Source: a virus
IMG/VR virus record: IMGVR_UViG_3300017987_000016
Direction: 5' to 3' (one strand)
Length of the DNA stretch: 62,350 bases
In this document: piece by piece, positions 28,710-37,630 of the stretch
How positions within the stretch are numbered: the stretch's first letter is position 1
Layout: each line of letters begins with the position of its first letter
Notes under the pieces: generated by a model
The model's input: only the letters and a program-made list of their open reading frames with translations
Databases searched by the model: none
Told to the model about the DNA's origin: nothing
Position numbers and translations under genes: made by a program

Positions 28710-29200
28710 CTTTGATTCCCCTGTGGCCAAATACGGATGTTGTGATAAGAGGTGTCCTCATCATCGTCTGAACCGCCCTTCTTCAGAACTATCCGAATGC
28801 CGTCGTATACTCTGAAATTGACAAATAAAGGATCAATGGGATAAGTGTTAAAAGCATAAGCAGTCGTCAGCGAGATTGTTGCCACTCTTACAGAATCGGC
28901 ATACTCTGTGCGATAATTTGTCAATCCGGTAAGTAATTTTCTTGTTATCCCATAGGCTTCAACAGTCAATGTGTCCGTCGCAGACCCAACCTTGGCAAGA
29001 ATAGAATAATCTACCGGCCCTATATGCCGGTTCAGCGAAGTCGAGTCATTGTTCATGTTGAAATAGAAATCCCGAACTACCCTGGTTTGGGTAAACAGCG
29101 TATCCATCACCATGTATTGAGGACAATCCACGAAATTCTGTCCCAATAAAGGCATTGCTATTATCATGAATAACACAACCACATAGTTTCTCATCTTCAA
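28706..29200 (-). CDS. Secreted protein (164 aa) with signal peptide
   Basis: AAGGAGATTTGAAG before the ATG; MKMRNYVVVLFMIIAMPLLGQ-NFV. Confidence 0.5.
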   Translation of the reverse strand: MKMRNYVVVLFMIIAMPLLGQNFVDCPQYMVMDTLFTQTRVVRDFYFNMNNDSTSLNRHIGPVDYSILAKVGSATDTLTVEAYGITRKLLTGLTNYRTEYADSVRVATISLTTAYAFNTYPIDPLFVNFRVYDGIRIVLKKGGSDDDEDTSYHNIRIWPQGNQR

Positions 29201-29206
29201 ATCTCC

Positions 29207-29869
29207 TTATTCTGAAAAATAACCTTCAATGTTATCGACGTTATAAAACATTTCCTCTTCAGTGCGGCCCAAAACATCCTCAACAATTTTCTGATTTGCT
29301 TTCATGATGTTATATTTCTTTGTTGCTGCTTGAATTTCTTTTTCCCATCTGTTTTCATAAATGGTAGCCTGATCATATTTTTTTTCCATTTCAAATACTG
29401 TAAAAATGACATAATAAGCTAAACTCCTGTGTTCAACTACAGGAATGATCGGGCTGTCCGCAGTAGCAGTTTGATAATAGTGATACCATCGCCCCATATA
29501 ACCATGACTCGATGGCTTGGGGATCAATCTATATGTAGTTCCTTCAATCTGGTAAGCTGCCGGTATTCCGGTTTTCAACACACCAGATGAACGATAAATT
29601 TCAACTCCACTTTTTTCATGAACGGGTTCTATTTTATTCCCTTCCCACTCAAGCTTGATAAATTCATAGCCAGTAAATCCCGTCGGGAGATCATAGGTGT
29701 CCGAAAGAGTACCTTCGTTAAGGTCTTCCGTGCTTACTTTATCATGTTTCCAAAGGCAATGGGTCTTTTCAATGAATTCATTCTCAGCTTCCCGAAGCAG
29801 ACTAATAAAGTCATAACCCAACACACCCGTTTTTCTCGTAACGTTGTTTTTTAATGTTGCAAAAGTCAT
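29207..29869 (-). CDS. Virion structural protein (220 aa), adaptor / tail-tubular-A-like candidate
   Basis: MTFATLKNNVTRKTGVLGYDFISLLREAENEF... N-terminus and position after the capsid genes. Confidence 0.35.
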   Translation of the reverse strand: MTFATLKNNVTRKTGVLGYDFISLLREAENEFIEKTHCLWKHDKVSTEDLNEGTLSDTYDLPTGFTGYEFIKLEWEGNKIEPVHEKSGVEIYRSSGVLKTGIPAAYQIEGTTYRLIPKPSSHGYMGRWYHYYQTATADSPIIPVVEHRSLAYYVIFTVFEMEKKYDQATIYENRWEKEIQAATKKYNIMKANQKIVEDVLGRTEEEMFYNVDNIEGYFSE

Positions 29870-29925
29870 TAAGATTACCCTTAACTTTATGGCAGGAACC
29901 GTTAAGCTCCTGCCATATTTTTCTC

Positions 29926-31005
29926 TTAGTAAGTTGCGACACCAATCCCACCACCCGCGGCTGCCGCCGGCTGGTTCGACCAGACAACATCATTATCAGC
30001 CTCTGCATCGATCTTGGTAAAACCGACCGTAAGGCAATCCAGCATACCGATATTGCCCGTATTGGGCTTTGTTCCGATAAACCAGGAGGCACAGATATTG
30101 GCATGAGTATTGGCTCTCCATACCGCAAAAACGCATCTCTTGAAAATATCAATGCCGTTCAGAGTAGCAGCGCCGGAAGTCTCAAACCCGCCGAATGCAG
30201 TACCGGCGGACACTTGCTGTAGAAAGGTGCAATCAGTAAAGAAATTCTGTGCCGTTGCACCCGAGAGATGAATCCAGCAAGCTGCATTGTCCCCAGCATC
30301 ATAAGAACTCGACCCGAAAAAACAGTTGTTGAAAACGGTTTCATCACCACTGACCCTGATCTCTAAGTCAGACTTATAGGCATTGGCAGACTGCGGAGAA
30401 CAGTTGAAATGACAGTTTATAAACGCATTCCTTGGGCCGGATAACTGAACGGCCGACACTTTAGCAGTGGCACTCACAGGATCACCGTCGTTTTCAGGGC
30501 TGTTATAGAAATCAATATTGATAAACGTGTTGTTCTGGCCCGTCAAATAGATAAGGGTAACCAGTGAATCCGCAGCACTCGTGTGCGTTACGCGCGCTCT
30601 GCCGAAATAAGCATTGGGAGCTGCAAGACCAATAACGGTAATGCCATATTTGGCCCATGCTATTCGTGTCGTCATTGTCGATGAATTACTGGAACCCGAA
30701 ACAGCGCCAGAAACCAATATGATACCATCACCAGCACCCGAAGTACAAGCATTATAACCATAAGTCAGGCTCGCGAACGCATTATCATGGCATTTGCCAT
30801 CCAAAGTAGAAGAATCAGTACCATTGGCAGGGTCAACCCAAAACCATGTGCCCCCGATCTTCGGCAATTGCATCCCTTGAAAATCACTTGCGGTCAACTT
30901 CGCTGCATCCATCCATCCGACATATTGCCGAACTGAAGCTGGATGTTGGGCAAACAGAGGGATCGTAATCATAAGAATAAAGATGATTGGAAGAAATCTC
31001 TTCAT
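29926..31005 (-). CDS. Parallel beta-helix (pectin-lyase-fold) protein with signal peptide
   Basis: ATG 31005 after AAGGAGTATCTGATT; MKRFLPIIFILMITIPLFAQ; repeated NxF.NC.F rungs (NTFINIDFYN, NAFINCHFNC, TVFNNCFFGS, QNFFTDCTF). Confidence 0.5.
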   Translation of the reverse strand: MKRFLPIIFILMITIPLFAQHPASVRQYVGWMDAAKLTASDFQGMQLPKIGGTWFWVDPANGTDSSTLDGKCHDNAFASLTYGYNACTSGAGDGIILVSGAVSGSSNSSTMTTRIAWAKYGITVIGLAAPNAYFGRARVTHTSAADSLVTLIYLTGQNNTFINIDFYNSPENDGDPVSATAKVSAVQLSGPRNAFINCHFNCSPQSANAYKSDLEIRVSGDETVFNNCFFGSSSYDAGDNAACWIHLSGATAQNFFTDCTFLQQVSAGTAFGGFETSGAATLNGIDIFKRCVFAVWRANTHANICASWFIGTKPNTGNIGMLDCLTVGFTKIDAEADNDVVWSNQPAAAAGGGIGVATY

Positions 31006-31070
31006 AATCAGATACTCCTTATTTAAGTAACAGGCAAGCATTTAAAACCTGCCTGTTACGATTTTGATTA

Positions 31071-31520
31071 TTATGAAGCAGCTATCTGACAAGGTTCCCG
31101 ATAGAGCAAAACCTTTATAAGCGCTGCCGCTGCCGCTGCGTTAGCTTCCATTGCTATCGCACAGCTCTTAATGTTTCTCGTTGTAGATTCAGATGTGCCG
31201 TTGCAGACAAAATACGTTCCCGTGTTTAACAATTCGAGCTGGTCGTCTACTGCACAGGTATAAGCGTAAGCCTGTGCAACTATACCCATTTCCTGAAACT
31301 TCGATATTTTGCCAGCACCGCTCGTTTCAAGGGCGACTACCACTCTGTTGTTGTTCATGCTTGCCTCTGTGGCTGGGGCAATAGCACACTCGCCATACGT
31401 ACCGTCATAATCAATCACATAGGGTACGCCGAGCGTTACAGCTCCCACATGATACAGGGCGACTTTATCTTTATCATCTTGATCTGTCCAACGATGTCCT
31501 GCGAATTTTGCATGTTCCAT
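31071..31520 (-). CDS. Capsid decoration / DUF2190-like protein candidate (149 aa)
   Basis: Immediately follows the capsid gene; Ala/Gly-rich beta-type sequence. Confidence 0.3.
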   Translation of the reverse strand: MEHAKFAGHRWTDQDDKDKVALYHVGAVTLGVPYVIDYDGTYGECAIAPATEASMNNNRVVVALETSGAGKISKFQEMGIVAQAYAYTCAVDDQLELLNTGTYFVCNGTSESTTRNIKSCAIAMEANAAAAAALIKVLLYREPCQIAAS

Positions 31521-31534
31521 CTAAGAGTCCTCCT

Positions 31535-32536
31535 TTAAGTAATCGTTACGGGATTCTCAGGAGCACTTACAATAACACCCTGATACGCCCTGTTCGACAC
31601 GGTAAGTGCACCGTACCACGAAATTTTCGACGCAAACGCTTCCTGTCCAGTCGTAACCTCTTTGAACGGACCGACCGTAAAATTGAAGTCTTTGTGATGT
31701 ACAAACTGAAGATACTTAGTGTTCAGGAAGTAGATGTGCCCAGATGGACAACTTGAATCCGCAACCATCTCAGCTTGATCGAAATCCAAAAGACTGAAAG
31801 AACCGTTGACATGATTCTTTCCCTGATACCTGTTCTGCGTTCGGAGTAGGTTTTCGTAAGTACGCCACGTCTTTTTTGTGGTAACTATCAGGTCCGGGTG
31901 TTCGTTGTCGCTGCACAACTCATCGTACATAGCGCCGATAACTTTTTCCATGTAGTAATCGTCAGTAGGATTAATCCACTGAGCGTATGTTTTCCCAGAC
32001 AGAGACAGGTATCTCGACTGCCACCAGTCGTATTTTGAATCAGACGGATCAATGCCAGCAAGCGAGGCGCTGTAATTCACGATAATGTCGTACAGGTTAA
32101 AAGGCTCCGTAGAGGCAGCCGCAGAATTCTTAAACATCATATCCTGCATACCCCGCCTGAATGTTTTCGCAAGGTTCTTAGAGCCGACATCCAGAAGCTT
32201 CAATATCGCTTCCTTGCCCGTGTTCTGCACCCTGATCTGTTTTTCGGAAAATGCAATCGTATCCACAAGATGCGCCCAAGTGAAATAGGCGGCCGTTGCG
32301 AATTCTTTCACTCTATATTCTACCTTGTCCCATTCTGCCATCCAGATAGGACGATCATCGCCGTACTCAAGTAGTTGTTTGATTTGATCACCACCGGAAA
32401 CAGGCTCGGAACTGCCAAGCAATTTCTTGGTCAAGTAATTTGTATTTATAATCTGGTCGATGATTCTTGGCCTTAGATGATCTCTGGTAAGAACAGTTAG
32501 GGTATCAAGGGTTTTGGTCAATGTGGGATCAGCCAT
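31535..32536 (-). CDS. Major capsid protein candidate (333 aa)
   Basis: Portal-scaffold-capsid gene order, size, strong RBS (AAGGAGATATTCG before the ATG). Confidence 0.6.
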   Translation of the reverse strand: MADPTLTKTLDTLTVLTRDHLRPRIIDQIINTNYLTKKLLGSSEPVSGGDQIKQLLEYGDDRPIWMAEWDKVEYRVKEFATAAYFTWAHLVDTIAFSEKQIRVQNTGKEAILKLLDVGSKNLAKTFRRGMQDMMFKNSAAASTEPFNLYDIIVNYSASLAGIDPSDSKYDWWQSRYLSLSGKTYAQWINPTDDYYMEKVIGAMYDELCSDNEHPDLIVTTKKTWRTYENLLRTQNRYQGKNHVNGSFSLLDFDQAEMVADSSCPSGHIYFLNTKYLQFVHHKDFNFTVGPFKEVTTGQEAFASKISWYGALTVSNRAYQGVIVSAPENPVTIT

Positions 32537-32554
32537 CGAATATCTCCTTAAATG

Positions 32555-33730
32555 TTATTCGTTCATAAGAGCATCGAAATCACTTGACATACGGTTCATT
32601 AGCTCTTTATCGTCTTTCGGTTGATCTTTGTAGGTTTCCCGTTTAGCTGTTTTGCCGCTGGCAGTGGTTTCGTCAGTAGGCTCTATTTTTTTATCGGACT
32701 TCAGTTTCTTAACTTCTTCGTTTCGCTCTTTGAGTTCTTTTTTAAGCGAAACGATCTTTTCCTTCTGAGAATCAATTTGACTCGACATTGCATCAAGAGA
32801 CCTTATTCTATGCGCGGTATCCAGGTTGATAAAGTTGCCCGTTTTAACAGCGTATTCGTCAGCGAAGTCGATAGTCTTCTTGAGTTCTTCGTCATTGGAA
32901 TAATCAAACGGGGAATCTTTTATCTGTTTCAACCCGATAAGTTCTTTTTCAACCTCAAGCATACCTTTCTCGTCTGCCAGTTCTTTTTTCTCAGTACTGT
33001 ACCCCTGGACCTCTGGCACGCTTTTGGAAAATTGGTCGAAAACTTTACGCACTGGGTTTTTTGATGGGTCTGAACTTTCTGCGTCGTACCAATCATCAAG
33101 GCTTTTTAAAACATCCTCTTTGTCGGTTGACTTGTCGAATGCCTCAATCGCTTCGACCAGTTCAGGAGCCCCGATCCGCTTCACAAGCGCATCAACCGTC
33201 TTTCTCTCCTCTGCAATTTCCATAGCCTTTTGAGTATTGGAAGCGAAGAATTTGGGATGATTGTCAAGGTCTTCCAGGAATTTCTTGCGTTCCTTATCAG
33301 TCTTATAGACTTCAGCAAGGTTCTGTACTTTATCATTCACCTTATCCTGAAAATCCTTATCCCGATCTTCGGTTTCTTCCTCGTCTGGCTTTGGTTGCCC
33401 GTCTTGGGTCTCCTCGTCAGACTTTTCAGACTCTTTCCCCTTCTCGGTATCTTTTTCAGTGGCCTTTTCGGGCTTGTCAGTTTTACCGGAAGGTTCAACT
33501 ATGTCGGTCTCTTTCGATTCATCTTTCTCTTTTGGCTTGTCTTCTTTTGGTTTCTCCTCTTTATCTTTCAGTTTATCATCATCATCTTTTTTCTCGGGTT
33601 CAACAATTTCAAGGCTTCCGTCTGGATTTTCTTTAACAGAATCGAAAGTTTTTTGAGACAGTCCAAGAACGGCATTTTCCGTAAGTTCCACTGCCTCTTT
33701 GTCGGCGGCTACAGCTTCTAAGTCTTTCAT
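32555..33730 (-). CDS. Scaffolding protein candidate (391 aa, highly charged coiled coil)
   Basis: K/E/D-rich low-complexity sequence between the portal and capsid genes. Confidence 0.55.
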   Translation of the reverse strand: MKDLEAVAADKEAVELTENAVLGLSQKTFDSVKENPDGSLEIVEPEKKDDDDKLKDKEEKPKEDKPKEKDESKETDIVEPSGKTDKPEKATEKDTEKGKESEKSDEETQDGQPKPDEEETEDRDKDFQDKVNDKVQNLAEVYKTDKERKKFLEDLDNHPKFFASNTQKAMEIAEERKTVDALVKRIGAPELVEAIEAFDKSTDKEDVLKSLDDWYDAESSDPSKNPVRKVFDQFSKSVPEVQGYSTEKKELADEKGMLEVEKELIGLKQIKDSPFDYSNDEELKKTIDFADEYAVKTGNFINLDTAHRIRSLDAMSSQIDSQKEKIVSLKKELKERNEEVKKLKSDKKIEPTDETTASGKTAKRETYKDQPKDDKELMNRMSSDFDALMNE

Positions 33731-33733
33731 AGC

Positions 33734-34054
33734 TTACTCCGCCTTCTTTGTGATTCTGAACATGCCGATACCAAAAAGAATCTTACCGTCTTCATCCTCG
33801 ACAATTTCCACCTTCGGAACGAACACGGAATTAGAAGTGCTGCCACCACCCAAAGATTCTTTAAATATCTTTGTGGTTAGAAGTATTACACCGACCCCGG
33901 GGACTTGTATCCCCTCGACAAGCGTAATGCCTTCATCGTCATGTCTTTTCATGATGAGTTGCAAATCATCAATTTTGCCCTTATCCTCTGGTTTTTCTTG
34001 TTTCCCCTTGATCTCAGGGGCTTCTTCGATTTTTTTCTTTTCATTCTTTTCCAT
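33734..34054 (-). CDS. Hypothetical head-module protein (106 aa)
   Basis: ORF track; K/E-rich N-terminus. Confidence 0.45.
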   Translation of the reverse strand: MEKNEKKKIEEAPEIKGKQEKPEDKGKIDDLQLIMKRHDDEGITLVEGIQVPGVGVILLTTKIFKESLGGGSTSNSVFVPKVEIVEDEDGKILFGIGMFRITKKAE

Positions 34055-34093
34055 GGTTTACCTCCTGTTGGCTTTTCAGCGCGGTTGGTAAAT

Positions 34094-34133
34094 AAAAAAA
34101 GCCACCTCTTACCTTTCGGTAATCAGTGGCTTT
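34094..34133 (-). terminator. Rho-independent terminator-like hairpin with U-run (minus strand) between the portal block and the scaffold/capsid block
   Basis: aaagccac-ctc-ttacc tttc ggtaa-tca-gtggcttt; seven A at 34094..34100 form the U-tract on the minus transcript. Confidence 0.5.
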
Positions 34134-34208
34134 AGAAATGTCCAGTCTGATGACTGGTGAAGTCTAAGCTGCCGTTAAAATTGGTTTATTATTTTTTTAA
34201 ATTTACCC

Positions 34209-34403
34209 TCAATCTTCTATGCTAACAGGAATCATTGTTTTAACATCAACAAAAATTATTCTTTTCCCAAGTTCTTCCGTAGGATTCAATTCAAGATTTA
34301 TTTCATGAATTTTACAACCTGTAATATTTTCATATTCGTTAAGCTCGGTCAATAATTTCTTTTCCAATGATCTTTTTAGTTTAGATATGTCTGCACTGTC
34401 CAC
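34209..34403 (-). CDS. Hypothetical protein (64 aa, GTG start)
   Basis: AAGGAGTAATAATT before GTG at 34403. Confidence 0.5.
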   Translation of the reverse strand: MDSADISKLKRSLEKKLLTELNEYENITGCKIHEINLELNPTEELGKRIIFVDVKTMIPVSIED

Positions 34404-34442
34404 AATTATTACTCCTTATTTCTTCGGTTGTCTCCCTGTACC

Positions 34443-34589
34443 TCATATATCTTTGAACTTGTCCATCGTTCTTATTCGCGTTATCCCTCCCTGGCTGAAA
34501 TCAATTAAAAGCCAAAGGGTACCAGTGAATTTCTGTTTCATGTAATTCATAATTAAAGTACAGATTTCTTTTACGCGGTCGTAGTTCAT
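34443..34589 (-). CDS. Small hypothetical protein (48 aa)
   Basis: MNYDRVKEICTLIMNYMKQKFTGTLWLLIDFSQGGITRIRTMDKFKDI; GAGG 10 nt upstream; hand translated. Confidence 0.35.
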   Translation of the reverse strand: MNYDRVKEICTLIMNYMKQKFTGTLWLLIDFSQGGITRIRTMDKFKDI

Positions 34590-34649
34590 TATGCCTACGC
34601 CTCAGCAACGGTTTTGATGAATTTTCTTCGGTCAATACTTTTTATGGTA

Positions 34650-36611
34650 TCATCCATTAACTGCTTCCGCACTTTGTTGATTCCCCATCATTGCCCCACC
34701 ATTAGCTATATACATGGCTATACCTTTTTTCAGTCTATCTGGAAGTGCTTGGTATAGCGGAGATGTTAATATTTCTGGAATCTGAAAAATTATTTGAACA
34801 ACCTGCCCGAATAATTGTTCTTCCTCCTGACTCCCTGGCTGGACATTATCAAATGCACCTGCGATTTGTTCAAACTGCCCCAAAAGTTCTTCTTTCTGTG
34901 CCTGCTCTTGGCCTTGTTGCTGAATCTTTGCAGCATTGTCTTTGGCTCTTTGTTTATCCGTTATGGCGGTCGCTGCATCGATAAGTTGTTCAACCGCTAT
35001 CGGAGGATAACCGAACACTGAATTGCATTCCCTGTTTACAAGAATCATTTCCTCGAATTCAGCCTGGGGATCCAATGGAAGCATTGAAAGCAAACTTATC
35101 TTAACTTTTATGTCCACTTCAGGATAAAGTTTTGTATTAAATAGAGTATAGTTTAAATTCCCCTCTTCGTCATCTTTTTTCTGAGTTACGATTTCAGGAT
35201 AATAATTCCGAATGATAAAAGCCCAATGTTCATACAGTTTTCGATAAAGATTATGAAACTCTAAAACCTTCGGTTGTATCCTGCCTGTAGCCTGTGAAAT
35301 CAATGCCTGTGTCTTTACCCCACTGTCACCCGATACAGATTCTCCCCTCAAAGCATCGTTAATGCCGGACTTTCTATCTCGATCCTGATCGTTGTACTGT
35401 AGAAATTGTTGTATGTACGCAGGCATGGACGGGGGATCGATATTTTTAACAGCATCGGGGATTTCTGACGTATACACTTTGTTGGGATCGTTGTTTACAA
35501 CGTCGGTAACTGACGGGTGTTTCAATTTTTGGGGATTGCCAGTAGCTCTTACATTGTCATTGATATTGGATATAATCTGATTCTTTACATGAATATGCGT
35601 TTCAAGGTTCTTGCCGTCACTTATTCCCCAAATATCTCCCCTGCGTTTGAAATTAGCACCCATGAAAAACGGAAGTCTCGGATAAGCGTTCGGCACTGTT
35701 TTTACGACTTTGTTTTCATGGTTTCTGATTATGGTCTCAATTTTTCCGTACTTGTACTTGGTTCTTTGGGCGTTCTCCTTAACAACATTACCCTCATCGT
35801 CTTTTTTAACCATGCCCTCATCATCATAAACATCTCTTTCGTATTCTTCTTCTTCGTCTGATTTTGAGTACATTTGAATTACAAGAGCAAAACCCTTTCT
35901 CTCCGCAGAACCCATCGCCTGTTTTGTGGCTTCCCGCTTTTGATTGTAATACCTGAAAGTTCCGTCAAAATCAAAATCTCCTTCTGGAGGAACCTCGATA
36001 CCATATTCTTTTTTAATATCTTCTACGTCTTTGTAATCAGCATAAACAAACCATGAATCATAACAATCTTCAATTGTGCCCTTCATTGGGTCGGGTAAAC
36101 AACATGCAAGGTCTATCACTTCATTTACTATGACTCCTTTCTTGCTGTCGTAATATGACTTAACACAATAGTTTCCCCTTATCCCATAATCGCGGTAAGC
36201 TTCCTGTGCTTTTGTCTGCATATCTGATTTTATAAATACATCTATCAACTGCTTTTGAAGTTTGTCTGACCATTCACCCAACCCGTTAAGATACTCTCTG
36301 AAAGCCTCATCACCCTTCTCTTCAAGAGACTGCAGTACTTCAGGCGGTGGCTCAACCTCCACGTCTGGCCTGGGAGCCCGGGATGTAACGATGGGCAACA
36401 TCACTTCTACTGTTTCAAAAAGCTCGTTTGACGTGTGTCTTGTTAAGTATGACGACCTCGACGATCCCTCCCAATACCTGTTATCATAATATTTCTCCAT
36501 CTTGTTCCAGGAATTGGGAAGTTTCCTGTATTCAATCGTTTTCTTCGCATACTCGAAGTTGTTCATTATCTTTTCAAAACGACTTGCTTCAATTTTATCT
36601 TTTTTTGCCAT
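34650..36611 (-). CDS. Portal protein candidate (653 aa)
   Basis: Size and position downstream of terL and upstream of scaffold/capsid. Confidence 0.6.
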   Translation of the reverse strand: MAKKDKIEASRFEKIMNNFEYAKKTIEYRKLPNSWNKMEKYYDNRYWEGSSRSSYLTRHTSNELFETVEVMLPIVTSRAPRPDVEVEPPPEVLQSLEEKGDEAFREYLNGLGEWSDKLQKQLIDVFIKSDMQTKAQEAYRDYGIRGNYCVKSYYDSKKGVIVNEVIDLACCLPDPMKGTIEDCYDSWFVYADYKDVEDIKKEYGIEVPPEGDFDFDGTFRYYNQKREATKQAMGSAERKGFALVIQMYSKSDEEEEYERDVYDDEGMVKKDDEGNVVKENAQRTKYKYGKIETIIRNHENKVVKTVPNAYPRLPFFMGANFKRRGDIWGISDGKNLETHIHVKNQIISNINDNVRATGNPQKLKHPSVTDVVNNDPNKVYTSEIPDAVKNIDPPSMPAYIQQFLQYNDQDRDRKSGINDALRGESVSGDSGVKTQALISQATGRIQPKVLEFHNLYRKLYEHWAFIIRNYYPEIVTQKKDDEEGNLNYTLFNTKLYPEVDIKVKISLLSMLPLDPQAEFEEMILVNRECNSVFGYPPIAVEQLIDAATAITDKQRAKDNAAKIQQQGQEQAQKEELLGQFEQIAGAFDNVQPGSQEEEQLFGQVVQIIFQIPEILTSPLYQALPDRLKKGIAMYIANGGAMMGNQQSAEAVNG

Positions 36612-36632
36612 GTTTTACTGCTATGCACCTTT

Positions 36633-36863
36633 TTATAAATCAAGCGTAACTTCCGAACAATACTCTCCACGTTGCACATTTCTATGAACGGAAACTCCCT
36701 CCACTGCTAAACTTTGATCTCTTATTATAGAAAGTATGTGTTCCAATGTTGCAGATATTGCCAACTTGCCGTCACTATCTACCAATTCAGCATAAATTGT
36801 ATTTGCTCTTAATCGACCATGTTCATTGCCAGACATTCTAATTTTTTGTAATTTGTAAATCAT
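36633..36863 (-). CDS. Hypothetical protein (76 aa)
   Basis: ORF track. Confidence 0.45.
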   Translation of the reverse strand: MIYKLQKIRMSGNEHGRLRANTIYAELVDSDGKLAISATLEHILSIIRDQSLAVEGVSVHRNVQRGEYCSEVTLDL

Positions 36864-37030
36864 TTTAAGCCCCCATTGTGTTTTCCCGTCTTGTTAAAAA
36901 TCATGTGAGCAATCAAAATCAATGTCTTTGCTATTGTTATAAAAACCAAATTGGGGGTTGTGTGTATCTCGTTTCCATACGCCACATCATCGAGTTCTTT
37001 TAATCTTTTAGCAATAGCATTCTTGGTCAT
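36860..37030 (-). CDS. Small membrane protein (56 aa)
   Basis: MTKNAIAKRLKELDDVAYGNEIHTTPNLVFITIAKTLILIAHMIF...; ATGA overlap with the next gene. Confidence 0.4.
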   Translation of the reverse strand: MTKNAIAKRLKELDDVAYGNEIHTTPNLVFITIAKTLILIAHMIFNKTGKHNGGLK

Positions 37031-37058
37031 GGGAAAACCTCATTTAATACCATATAAC

Positions 37059-37361
37059 CTAATACAGTTTTCTGTATTCTTGTTTTAAAGTAATTATAAA
37101 TTTGCCGTTACTTTGTTTTTCTTCAATGCGCATAGGCTTAAATAATATTAGTGGTTTGCCCAAATGGAAAAGAATTTTATGTCCACCTGGATATATCCCA
37201 AACCTACATTCTTTAGCAATCCGCTTCTTGTTAATTGCTAAAATCTGGTTCTCTTTTAATGCTTCACTTATTATAAATTCAAAGTTCTTCACGTACTCAC
37301 ATTGAACCTGATCAATTTTACCATTTACGAAACTTGCCGGTTCTTCTTTCATCATATTCAC
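37059..37361 (-). CDS. Hypothetical protein (100 aa)
   Basis: ORF track. Confidence 0.45.
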   Translation of the reverse strand: MNMMKEEPASFVNGKIDQVQCEYVKNFEFIISEALKENQILAINKKRIAKECRFGIYPGGHKILFHLGKPLILFKPMRIEEKQSNGKFIITLKQEYRKLY

Positions 37362-37362
37362 C

Positions 37363-37623
37363 CTAACTGTTTAAAAAATCCATATTATCGCTCTCCACTT
37401 CAACCCTTCTATTTTTACTGAAATATTCATCGACGTTTTCCTTGACTTTCTTATTGATTACTGAGGAAAGCTTTTTTGTGAATTGCGGGATGACAACATC
37501 CATTACTTTTTTAAAAATAATGTCTTTCCGTGAGAACAACAGAACGATAAAAACGGTTATCACTGGCATCAATGCAATCGTTTCCACCAAAAGAATCGCC
37601 AGTAATATCTCAATTAAACTCAT
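37363..37623 (-). CDS. Small membrane protein (86 aa)
   Basis: ATG 37623 after GAGGTTAGT; MSLIEILLAILLVETIALMPVITVFIVLLF. Confidence 0.45.
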   Translation of the reverse strand: MSLIEILLAILLVETIALMPVITVFIVLLFSRKDIIFKKVMDVVIPQFTKKLSSVINKKVKENVDEYFSKNRRVEVESDNMDFLNS

Positions 37624-37630
37624 ACTAACC

